A stretch of DNA of 26,070 bases from Octopus sinensis (GCF_006345805.1 NW_021836012.1:1-26070); one strand, 5' to 3'. Shown: positions 1 to 9,960, counted from the first letter of the stretch. The notes: generated from the letters alone by a model not told the origin. Numbers and translations are program-made.

Positions 1-78
1 TTAACATTATTATTATTTCATTATTATTATTATGATTTATTATATTATTATTATTAATTATTATTATTATTATTATTT
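1..78. repeat. (ATT)n microsatellite, imperfect
   Basis: Runs of tattattat with occasional interruptions. Confidence 0.95.
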
Positions 79-184
79 AGTGAGAGAGCGCAGTTCATGC
101 CATCAAAGTGACACTGGTGTAAAATATACGAAGCCCAATATACCCATCATCACTACCCGTCTGATAAGGGTACACCTGGCACAT
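79..184 (-). mobile_element. Terminal ~105-bp fragment of the (AAT)n-flanked non-coding element seen longer at 23094-23667
   Basis: agtgagagagcgcagttcatgccatcaaagtgacactgg...gataagggtacacctggcac nearly matches 23095-23198. (ATT)n lies on both sides. Strand inferred by assuming truncated copies keep the 3' end. Confidence 0.85.
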
Positions 185-226
185 TATTATTATTGTTGTT
201 GTTGTTGTTTTGTTATTATTATTATA

Positions 227-273
<47 letters not shown>
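185..273. repeat. (ATT)n/(GTT)n/(ATC)n compound trinucleotide tract
   Basis: Direct reading. Confidence 0.9.
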
Positions 274-890
274 CAGTAGTTTTATTTTTATAGCGTGCTT
301 TCACTTCACTACCGAGCGCAGCTCTGTGTGCCTTGGGTATGTGCTGTGATTTGTTGTGATGCTCTGATGGTTATTGTATGAAAGTGTTCTGCGTAGGATA
401 TGTGCAGTGCCTAGTAGTGCAATTTTCTGTATGTTATATGTGTTTGTAAGTCCTGGTGTTTTTTGTTATGTATTTGTCTGAATATTTTTTTATCATGCCT
501 AATGCACCTACTATGATAGGAATTGTTTCTGTTTTCAGATTCCACATTCTAGTTACCTCTATTTCCAGGTCTTTGTATTTTGAGAGTTTCTCCATTTCTT
601 TTAGAGAAACGTTGTCATCTCCGTATTGATACATCAATTAGAAAGCATTTTTTTTCTTCATGATCTCTGACAACTATATCTGGTCTGTTGGCCTTAATTT
701 CTGTATCTGTGTGTATCGGCATATCCCAGAGTATGGTTGCTTTCTCGTTTTCTGTGACCTTTTCTGGTGTGTGCCTATACCATCTTTTTTCTATTGTTAT
801 TCCATAATGTTGACATAGCTTCCAATGTATGTAGGTTCCAACTCTGTCATGTCTGTGAATATATTCCTTCTTAGCCAGGACTGGGCAGCT
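274..890 (-). mobile_element. 5'-truncated Dong/R4-clade non-LTR retrotransposon (restriction-like endonuclease domain plus 3' UTR), lineage A
   Basis: Minus-strand translation from 890: SCPVLAKKEYIHRHDRVGTYIHWKLCQHYG...ILWDMPIHTDTEIKANRPDIVVRDHEEKKCFLIDVSI/(frameshift)DDNVSLKEMEKLSKYKDLEIEVTRMW...PIIVGALG...TPGLTNIYNIQKIALLGTAHILRRTL. This has the end of the CCHC motif and the PD..D..K RLE motif of R4/Dong. The sense strand ends in an A-rich stretch plus (AAT)n. Confidence 0.92.
371..890 (-). pseudogene. Frameshifted C-terminal RLE endonuclease coding remnant of Dong/R4 lineage A
   Basis: RPDIV..IDVS..EK..KY.DL motif. Frameshifts near 620 and 460. Confidence 0.88.
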
Positions 891-900
891 TATTATTATT

Positions 901-1190
901 ACTTTTTTTTTCTTCTTTCAAATTTGCTTCCATTTCTTGCCGAGTGTCTTCCCGACTCCTAGGGCAAAGAAACTCATAGTATACATTGGTAGGCCATTAA
1001 ACCAAACTCAGTAGTTCGTTCATTTTTTTTTTTTTAAGTTAAATTAAAATACATGAGCAGCAACAGTTCTCACATCGACAATGCTCTTCTCAATACGTGT
1101 GATGTACCAGTTAAGACAATCTTTTGCACTTCTTGCAGGGATGGTAAGCCAGGGATCATTCTCATATAATTTTCGGTTCCCTTCTTCTTC
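901..1190 (-). mobile_element. Heavily 5'-truncated Dong/R4 element, lineage B (last ~38 codons plus 3' UTR)
   Basis: Minus strand 1186-1070 reads KKGTENYMRMIPGLPSLQEVQKIVLTGTSHVLRRALSM*, homologous to the C-terminus of lineage A. A ~170-bp 3' UTR ends in poly(A) plus (AAT)3 at 891-900. Confidence 0.85.
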
Positions 1191-1253
1191 TTCTTATTAT
1201 TATTTTTATTTTTATTATTATTATTTTTATTTTTTTTATTATTATTATTATTA

Positions 1254-1300
<47 letters not shown>

Positions 1301-1309
1301 ATTTATTAA
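1191..1309. repeat. (ATT)n/T-rich microsatellite
   Basis: Direct reading. Confidence 0.95.
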
Positions 1310-1706
1310 GGCGGCGAGCTGGCAGAAACGTTAGCACGCCGGGCGAAATGCGTAGCCGTATTTCGTCTGCCGTTACGTTCTGAGTTCAAATTCCGCCGAG
1401 GTCGACTTTGCCTTTCATCCTTTCGGGGTCGATAAATTAAGTACCAGTTACGCACTGGGGTTGATATAATCGACTTAATCCGTTCGTCTGCCCTTGTTTG
1501 TCCTCTCTGTGTTTAGCCCCTTGTGGGTAGTAAAGAAATAGGTATTTCGTCTGCCGTTACGTTCTGAGTTCAAATTCTGTAGAGGTCGACCTTGCCTTTC
1601 ATCCTTTCGGGGTCGATAAATTAAGTATCAGTTGCATACTGGGGTCGTTCAAATCAACTGCCCCCCACCCAAAAAAAATTCGGGCCTTGTACCTAGAGTA
1701 GAAAAG
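1310..1706 (+). mobile_element. SINE family S1 (tRNA-like head, Meta-like central domain), dimeric: full unit 1310-1540 plus head-less unit 1541-1706
   Basis: Head GGCGGCGAGCTGGCAGAAACGTTAGC with B-box-like GAGTTCAAATTCC. Core GTCGACTTTGCCTTTCATCCTTTCGGGGTCGATAAA resembles the MetaSINE domain (recalled). The core occurs twice. Ends in gaaaag(att)n. Confidence 0.88.
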
Positions 1707-1762
<56 letters not shown>

Positions 1763-1890
1763 GTCGGTGAGCTGGCAGAATCGTTAGCATGCCGGATAAA
1801 ACGCTTAGTGGCATTTCGTGCATCATAACGTTCTGTGTTCAAATTTCGTCGGTGGCGACTTTGCCTGTCATCCTTTCGGGGTCGGTAAGT
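1763..1890 (+). mobile_element. SINE S1, diverged 5' part
   Basis: gtcggtgagctggcagaatcgttagcatgccgg...gttcaaatttcg...catcctttcggggtcgg, following (ATT)n at 1707-1760. Confidence 0.85.
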
Positions 1891-2283
1891 AAAACAAATT
1901 CTAATTTAACTCTTTTCTCGATGTAATTGGCAATTCCTCCTCTCCCGTAATTGCTAGCTTTCGGACAAAATTCAAAATCAATAATTAATGTTATCATTCA
2001 TGTATATACATCACATAATCTTCTTGAGCAAGCAGAAATACTTTATAACTGACAAATGCTTCATTTCTTATAAATTTTGAATTAAATTCACTCTGCGACT
2101 CTGAAGAATTCAACAGAAGCAATTCGTTATGTCACCAGATTTTAAATCATAATTTCTTCTGCATTGCGCTAATGGCAAAATAGGTTATCGCAACTAAACA
2201 CTATCGGCAAAACTACAAAAGTGTCGCCACGAATGTCCTTTCCTGTTACTCTTTTTAATGAAATACTCGGGAGACGTTTTCAA

Positions 2284-2705
2284 TACTCTTTACTCTTTAC
2301 TCTTTTACTTGTTTCAGTCATTTGACTGCGGCCATGCTGGAGCACCGCCTTTAGTCGAGCAAATCGACCCCGGGACTTATTCTCTTGTAAGCCCAGTACT
2401 TATTCTATCGGTCTCTTTTGCCGAACCGCTAAGTGACGGGGACGTAAACACACCAGCATCGGTTGTCAAGCAATGCTAGGGGGACAAACACAGACATACA
2501 AACACACACACAGACACACATAAATATATATATACATATATACGACAGGCTTCTTTCAGTTTCCGTCTACCAAATCCACTCACAAGGCATTGGTCGGCCC
2601 GGGGCTATAGCAGAAGACACTTGCCCAAGATGCCACGCAGTGGGACTGAACCCGGAACCATGTGGTTGGTTAGCAAGCTACTTACCACACAGCCACTCCT
2701 GCGCC
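2284..2705 (-). mobile_element. SINE family S2 (tRNA-like head, CORE-like domain, internal CA/TA microsatellite), full length
   Basis: Sense head GGCGCAGGAGTGGCTGTGTGG with B-box-like GGGTTCAGTCCC, CORE-like CATCTTGGGCAAGTGTCTT, 3' hairpin CAGTC-AAAT-GACTG and (AAGAGTA)3 tail. Near-identical copies at 18976 and 25483. Confidence 0.92.
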
Positions 2706-2896
2706 ATCTACAATAATGTAGATTACGATTGTAATTTCTTTTCTTATGTTATTAATTGTAATGTATATCCTCGAAATTATACCACTGATACATTTTGTTT
2801 AAAATATGCGTTTAACAAAATGCGAGGGTGGATTGAACCTCAAAAAATTATTTTCCATTTTTTCCAACATAATCGCGTTGTATACCATCTAAACTA

Positions 2897-4170
2897 TTGG
2901 TTTGGCAAGAAAGTTATTTCGCTTTTTGCAAATCGATAGTTACGATTTTTATAATGACTTTTGTCAATGTTGTGATTTTTTCCCTCTTGACATTTGATAG
3001 CCGTTACTTTTAGCTTACTTTAGAAGCAAATTGCGTAATTTTGTTTAGAGCTGTTAGTTCAGTGTCTATTTTAATATGGAATGCAAAAACGAACATTTTC
3101 ACCATATTCTACTTTTTTATTTCCGCAAAGACAGAGAAAGCGGCTGAGGTTCAGAAAAGAGAAATGTGAAGTTTATGGTATTGATTACTTAATAGAACGC
3201 ATAAGTCAGAAATGGCTTTTAAAATTCCTCTCTGGAGATTTTTCACTCAAGGATGAACAATGTTCTGGTTCATCGACAAAAGTTGATGACCGAATCAAAG
3301 CCATAATTGAAACTGCTTGTCATATAACTGTACGAGAGATTGCAGAAAGGTTAAATTTATCACACACAATTGAAAATTACTTAAAATGCCTTGGATTCGT
3401 TAAGAAGTTCGATATTTACGCTCCGCATAAATTGAAGGCGATTCACTTTACACAACACATCAACATTTGCGATATGCATCTCTTACGCAATGAAATCGAC
3501 CTTTTTTGAAACGAATCATCACTGGTGATGAAAAAGGGATTGTCTACAATAACAGCAATCGAAAACGATTATACAAGTATAATGAACCAGCAGAAACTAC
3601 ATCGAAAGCTGAATTGCATTAAAAAAAGGTCATGCTGTCAATTTGGTGACATCATAAAGCTGTTGTGCATTTTGAGCTGCTTCTAAGGAACCAAACAATC
3701 AATTCAGATGTTTACTGTCAACAACTAATGAAACTGGAGGAAGCTATCAAAGAAAAACAGCCAGAATTGGCAAATCATAAAGGAATCGTGTTCCGCCATG
3801 ACAACGCTAGACCACACACGTCTTTGTAAACTCGTGAAACATTACTGGACCTTGGTTAGGAAGTGATGTCACATCCACCATATAGCCCTGATCTTGCACC
3901 ATCAGATTACCAGTTATTTTGAAGTTTACAAAATTCCTTGAATGCTGAAACTTTCAACAATGATTATGACCTGAAATTACTCTTGCTTCAGTTTTTGGCT
4001 GATAAGGACCAGAAGTTCTATGAGTGCGGAATCATGAAGTTGCCAGAAAAATGGCAAGAGATCATCGGACGAAATGGAAAATATATAATTGATTAAAGTT
4101 CATTCTTTGTATGAAAATAATTACTTTTATTTCACACTAAAAAACAGAAATTACTTTCTTGCCAACCCAA
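2897..4170 (+). mobile_element. Full-length (1274 bp) inactive mariner DNA transposon
   Basis: TIRs ttggtttggcaagaaagttatttcgctttt (2897-2926) and aaaacagaaattactttcttgccaacccaa (4141-4170), 26/30 matches. TA target duplication at 2895-2896 and 4171-4172. Transposase remnant inside. Confidence 0.95.
3076..4096 (+). pseudogene. Mariner DD34D transposase pseudogene
   Basis: MECKNEHFHHILLFYFRK.../...SGDFSLKD.../FLKRIITGDEK...HDNARPH...HPPYSPDLAPSDYQLF...GKYIID*. There are 34 residues between the 2nd and 3rd catalytic D, five in-frame stops in the catalytic domain, and frameshifts near 3130 and 3500. Confidence 0.95.
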
Positions 4171-4827
4171 TATATATCTCCGAAAATTTCATTGAAAAAT
4201 AAGCATTTTTAAGAAAATTACGAGAACACAAATTAAGAAGAGGCACACACCTTTGGTTATGTATTGTTATCTCCCTGCATACATTATATATGACTCATCT
4301 CAAATCTTTCATAGCACATCAATTCATAAAAATAGTTTTAACATCAGCAACAGCCACAACCATTCAGGCAGAAGGATGGAACTTATTCTTTCACCAGCAT
4401 GGGGTTAGTTTCTGACAAATGACGTCTACTAGATGATAACTTAACTATAAATAAAATATATCATTATTGATATGTTGATATGTTAACAGAAAGTCCATCT
4501 CTCAGATGTAACATCATTTTCGTGCGCCTGCATATTGAAAGAAAAAAATATGTTTTTAATACACAACGTCCCTGAGCTTTAAATAAGATTTTATCGTCAG
4601 AAATATAGTCCAAGATGACCTGACAATTCGGATTTTCGTTCCTTGAATCATAATAATAAGAAGAATTACATACATTACCGACCACAGTTGATTTCAATTA
4701 GATTATTTGGTGTTTGTAATACAGAGAAATTTAATAAAATCGGTGCGAATCTTCTCGGTAAAATTAACGTGGCAAACATTTTACCCTTCCGCTAGTCCCC
4801 TTTATAGAATCCAATTTCTTCATATGA

Positions 4828-4861
<34 letters not shown>

Positions 4862-4933
4862 TATATAATATATATGTATATATATATATATCTATATATA
4901 TATATATATAATATATATATATATATATAATAT

Positions 4934-4978
<45 letters not shown>

Positions 4979-5136
4979 TATATATAATAGAAATATTAAA
5001 ATTACTAAGTCTCTCTTGGAGCTAATCAGCGACAGCTTTAGTCTTATTTTATATAACTGCCATATAAGTATGGCGATAACTATATATATATATATATATA
5101 TATATGCTGGTGTGGTGTGTGTGTGTGTGTGTGCGT

Positions 5137-5209
<73 letters not shown>

Positions 5210-5370
5210 GTGTGTGTGTGTGTGTATGCGCATATATATTTACATACATACATACACATGCACATATACATATATATATATACATATATATATATATACA
5301 TATATATATATAATATATATGTATATATATATATATACGCACACACACACACACACACACGCATATATAT

Positions 5371-5401
<31 letters not shown>

Positions 5402-5407
5402 TATATA

Positions 5408-5440
<33 letters not shown>

Positions 5441-5538
5441 ATATAGTTATCGCCATACTTATATGGCAGTCTTATAAATATAAGACTAAAGCTGTCGCTG
5501 ATTAGCTCCAAGAGGAGACTTAGTAATTTTAATATTTC

Positions 5539-5583
<45 letters not shown>
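4828..5583. repeat. (CA)n/(TA)n/(TG)n compound microsatellite region containing an inverted duplication (arms 4983-5082 and 5444-5545)
   Basis: Left arm tataatagaaatattaaaattactaagtc...gtatggcgataacta is the reverse complement of the right arm except for a few small indels or substitutions. Confidence 0.92.
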
Positions 5584-6071
5584 AATGATTTTGTTTGCGT
5601 GACAATTTCAAATGTATCTCATAGAGCCTTTTTAGTTTATCTTCGCCTTTTTCTTTCCTCTCTATTATACAATAATCATAGAAGTCAATATCTCTTTGCG
5701 TTTAAGATTTCGATCGCTATTCAGCATTTCTTCTTTACTCAGACGTAATTAGAGTTATAAATAAGATCAATGTACAAAATGTATCTATACAGCACGAAAC
5801 TCATCCCTATGGCGAATCATGTCCCAACTTGTAGTGATTAATAAGATATAAATAACATTTGAACATATTAAAGTTCAAGATATTTCTCTTAAAATCGTTA
5901 TTAAATAGAATGGTTGTATACTGTCAATCTAACAAGAACGTGATAGTAGGGAGTACACCACCGCTGTATAGCCCTAGGAAGCATCGAACGCCTCCTGATG
6001 GCTTTGACTTATTTTTCCCTGTGTCCTTATATACATATACGAAGGGGAGACAAACACCCCCGGCTGCCGAA

Positions 6072-6129
6072 ACTGCATCTAGGGACACGTGTTTCAGGAT
6101 CGTTGTCCTTCATCGGCCTAAGACACAGT
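6072..6129 (-). ncRNA. Minimal type I hammerhead ribozyme motif (Penelope-like-element type)
   Basis: Sense: ACUGUGUCUUAGG-CCGAUGA-AGGA(CAACGA)UCCU-GAAAC(ACGU)GUC-CCUAGAUGCAGU. Stem I is 12 bp with 1 bulge and 2 GU pairs, stem II is 4 bp, stem III is 2 bp with a palindromic ACGU loop, and the triplet is GUC. The core has U4>C. Confidence 0.8.
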
Positions 6130-6351
6130 AAGAGGGCAGAGGATAGCTGAAAATATTTTATAGACTATTCATAAAACTGTAAGTGGGGAAGCGTCATGTC
6201 GGTAAAAATCGCTCAGGTTTGGTTGGATCTGTACATTTACGAGGTCTTCATATTTAGATCAAAAGGTACAGAGAAATAAGTATTGAGAAGCTAAGACGTT
6301 CGACATTCTAAGGCGAAGTATAAATCAGATTTAGGAACAGTAATATCGGTT

Positions 6352-6519
6352 TCGAATTTTGGCACAAGGCCAGCAATTTCGAGAGAGAATTCTCAACTGG
6401 TACATATTTTAACTACCCCTAAGTTGACCTGGGCCGAATTTGAACCTAAAACGTGAAGATAGACGAAATGATGCAAAGCATATTGGACGGTATCTTAACA
6501 ATTCTGCCAACTGGTCACC
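6352..6519 (-). mobile_element. SINE S1, old diverged copy with internal deletions
   Basis: ggcacaaggccagcaatttc...actggtac...gttgacctgggccgaatttgaac...aacaattctgccaactggtcacc matches the S1 reverse complement. Confidence 0.7.
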
Positions 6520-7249
6520 CTTAGGTAAGACAAGTAATATTCACTCATGAAGTGAGTCGGCTTCAGACAGTTCGAAGTTTTGGCTCAGGGAGTAAGTGAC
6601 TCCAATATTCTCACCATTAGAATTCTTCATCGATAAAAAATATCAAACTACCGAAGTCTCTAATGATTAACTTCAACCTAAAATATACTTACGAGATATG
6701 AGAAGAAAAATGAGAAAACATCAAAAAATAAATTCAGGGTAGTACCTTGCCCCAAGAATATATGACGAACTCCACTTTTTGTTGTTCTTTGCTTTTTTAT
6801 TGTTGTTGTTTTTTGCTGGGGGTGTTGTTTTGATTTTATGTTTTGTTTGGTCTTTTGCCATCCTCTGTATGAAAATTTAATGATTTAAAATTGGCATAAT
6901 ACTCTCTAGTGGGTATCGAATATTTTGGCATTTATGCCAAAATATCTAAGCCTAAAGAGATTTGGCTTCAAGTATGATTTGAACATTTTTACAATATCGA
7001 CGAGCCAGTAACTTAATTTTGTTTTTCTAAAACATTCTCCAATCATTGAGTAGATAACAGAATACGATTTCGTCGATTCCGAAAGGGCGAAAGTCAAAGT
7101 CAAGTGTCGTCTGCTTCGAGTTAAAAATGTAGACGAACAAAATTCAGTTTTGTAAATCATTTTGTTAAATGCTGAATTGTTTTGTCTTATATTTTTATGC
7201 TTTTCTGACCCTTTATAAACATTGATTTATTGACAATAACGACGTTTTA

Positions 7250-7894
7250 TCAGGTCATCCCATAAGTTCTGTCCGAATTTTGAATAAAGAAAACAAGCGA
7301 TCAAATGCTATATTTAACTGAAATTTAATCATTAATGTACTTTCCCTGATTATCTATGACTTCCTTTCATCTATTTACAAGCTTTTTAATCCCATCAATG
7401 TAAAACTCTTTTGGTTTCAAAGCGAAGAACTCGGAAATGTTAGTTTCGACCTCCTCTTGGTTTGCGAAAGTTATGTCCCCTAAATGATTCTGTAAACTTC
7501 AAAACAAATGGTAGTCTGAAGGAGCAAGGTCGGGAGAATAAGGTGGATGAGGAATCGAAAGCTTTTGGACGACCCTCCTTTGGCTCGTCGTCTAAGCTGA
7601 AATTCCCACCTCCTGTACTTCCTTTCATTCATTATATCATCTCCATAAGTAATACGAATGGATTTTGCTGCTGCACTCGCATTGACACCTTTATGAAACT
7701 CGGAGAGTAAAGCGTATCTAACGTGTTGGGACGAATATCGAAGAAGATTGGAAACAATATTCTTTTAACCTGAAAGAAGAAAATATTGATTACCCATTGT
7801 TTCATGCCATGATTGATAAGATGAGACAATACTTTCAGAAATGTCGTCTAACATTTCATTTACAAAACCAGACAAAACATTCGTTCCAGCCTGA
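7250..7894 (-). mobile_element. Internally deleted (645 bp) mariner of a second family
   Basis: Ends ta|tcagg...cctga|ta. Minus strand reads SSQHVRYALLSEFHKGVNAS...GNFSLDDEPKEGRPKAFD joined directly to IPHPPYSPDLAPSDYHLF*SLQNHL...KLVNR*KEVIDNQGKYIND*. Confidence 0.9.
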
Positions 7895-8929
7895 TAATTT
7901 TAAACATATTTAGAATTCAAAATGGCCGCCCTTTTCTTTCATTGCGGCCTTTAATTTTTTTTTCGACCGCTTTATCAACTCACAATTCTTTAAGCCAAAC
8001 ATTTTGAATGCTACAATTTGTTTATGTTTTTTTTTTATATTTTGTTAACCGCCATTTTTAATTAACGCTAAACAATAAAACAAAAAATGTTAGGAAGCGT
8101 TATACAATATTTACAGTTACCATTTTCGAATAAGGATGTTTCAATTTATCTTTGAATAACAGGTAAATTATTATGCTTAAATCAATGGTAGTTATATTTC
8201 CCACACCCGGTACGTCTCTGCTTCTTGTTATTTCTCCCCTTTGGAGGTCATGCAACGTAGTTCAACCCGACAATACTTCAACCGATTATGTAGATCGCAA
8301 TTACCAACTCATTTTTCTCTATTATTCTATTATTCCTGACAACAATCATATGTTTTGTAAACAAAATAATAACAATGGCTACTAGTAGGACCATAATGGT
8401 AAATAGAATTAAGTCGAATCATAGTTTCCATCTCCGTTTCTATTTTTCACTTCTTGTATCCAACATCTTGCTAAATTGATATTATCATATCTTAATTTCG
8501 TTATACCCTTGTTGTATTCTTGGAGAAGCAATTCATCATAATCTCTGGAAGGCAATTAATACTGACACCGACGTGTATTTCCCCGTCAGGAGATGCATAA
8601 ACAAATAAATAAGAGCGCAAAATAATCTGGAGTCATGCACTTATCCGAAACAAGACAACATCCTGTTAATTTAAAAAATCATGATTTATACGTAGCTATA
8701 AACACATACACATACTCATATATATATATATGCTATGACATCATTGCATTCTCTTTTGTGTTTACAACGTTTAGGAATATTTCTAGAGGATTCTACTGCT
8801 GTTTTACAATCGTTCGAACATTGCTAAAAAGAACATTATGACGCCACATAGATTTAGATATGCGGAATGAGCTGCGAACAACTGGAAAAGCACTCAATAC
8901 TGAAACAAAGTATAAGTACTTATTATACA

Positions 8930-8964
8930 ACACACACATGCATATGTGTGTGTATGTATGTTGT

Positions 8965-9020
<56 letters not shown>

Positions 9021-9190
9021 TATTAATATATATGTGTCATTTGAAGACATGAAACAATTGTAGTGGCGGTTTATTTACTTTAATATTAAAATTTTTTATG
9101 TATTGATTAAGTCTTTCCTTGTTTGATTAGCAAAATAGTGGTTTTGTCTCGAATTAATATTATATATATATATATATGAAAATACATATG

Positions 9191-9262
<72 letters not shown>

Positions 9263-9374
9263 ATATATATACAGATATATATATCATACATATTATATGT
9301 GTTGTATATATATATATATGTGCATAGAAAAGTCAAGGGCTTTGCGTTCCGTTACTTAAAAAAAAATATATATA

Positions 9375-9435
<61 letters not shown>
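8930..9435. repeat. Cluster of (TA)n/(TG)n tracts (about 8930-9030, 9160-9320, 9368-9435)
   Basis: Direct reading. Confidence 0.9.
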
Positions 9436-9438
<3 letters not shown>

Positions 9439-9546
9439 CTGCCTGCTTAGCCAGCGGGGTGGCATCATTTGAAGGCTAAAACAATGCGAAGCGCACTGTG
9501 ACCAGCGATATGTAGCAACATCTGATAGCCTGGTCGGTCACGGTGA
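9436..9546. mobile_element. Possible truncated retroelement end embedded in (TA)n
   Basis: GC-richer 111-bp island ggcctgcctgcttagccagcgggg...ggtcggtcacggtga with TA repeats abutting both ends. Single copy in the window. Confidence 0.4.
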
Positions 9547-9859
9547 TATATATATTTCCATACCTGTCATCCCTGAAGAGTACAGTATTAGATAACCTTA
9601 TAACCGGTCTCTTATCTAGCATCCAGTGCGAAACCGATAAGATCGGCTGTAATGGATTTATAATACCTTAAATTTTGTTTAACATACATATGATATATAT
9701 TTATGTATGTTAATATGTATATAGGCGAGTATGTATTTATATTTATATAACTATATATTTAAATGTATGTTTGCATAAATATATATGTGTCTATATATAT
9801 ATGTGTTGTGTTTGTGTATAGATATATATACAATACATACATTACTACATAATGTAGTA

Positions 9860-9960
9860 TAACGTATATATTTATGTATGTGTGTGTATATATATATATA
9901 TATATTATATATATATATATGTATAATATATATATATATATGTATATATATGTATGTATA

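Noticed and set aside
4892-5456. Long ORFs rich in YI, HT, VC or YVCM/HTYI (also at 8793-10155, 12410-14026 and 14891-16886)
   Set aside because: They are translations of (TA)n, (CA)n, (CT)n and (TATG)n repeats, which lack stop codons in several frames. No protein signal.
6238-6260. tacgaggtc, resembling a mariner TIR start
   Set aside because: No matching inverted end or transposase remnant found nearby.
6590-6690. Possible minus-strand exon (ttttag|...|gtgaga)
   Set aside because: All three frames contain stop codons and there is no recognisable protein similarity.
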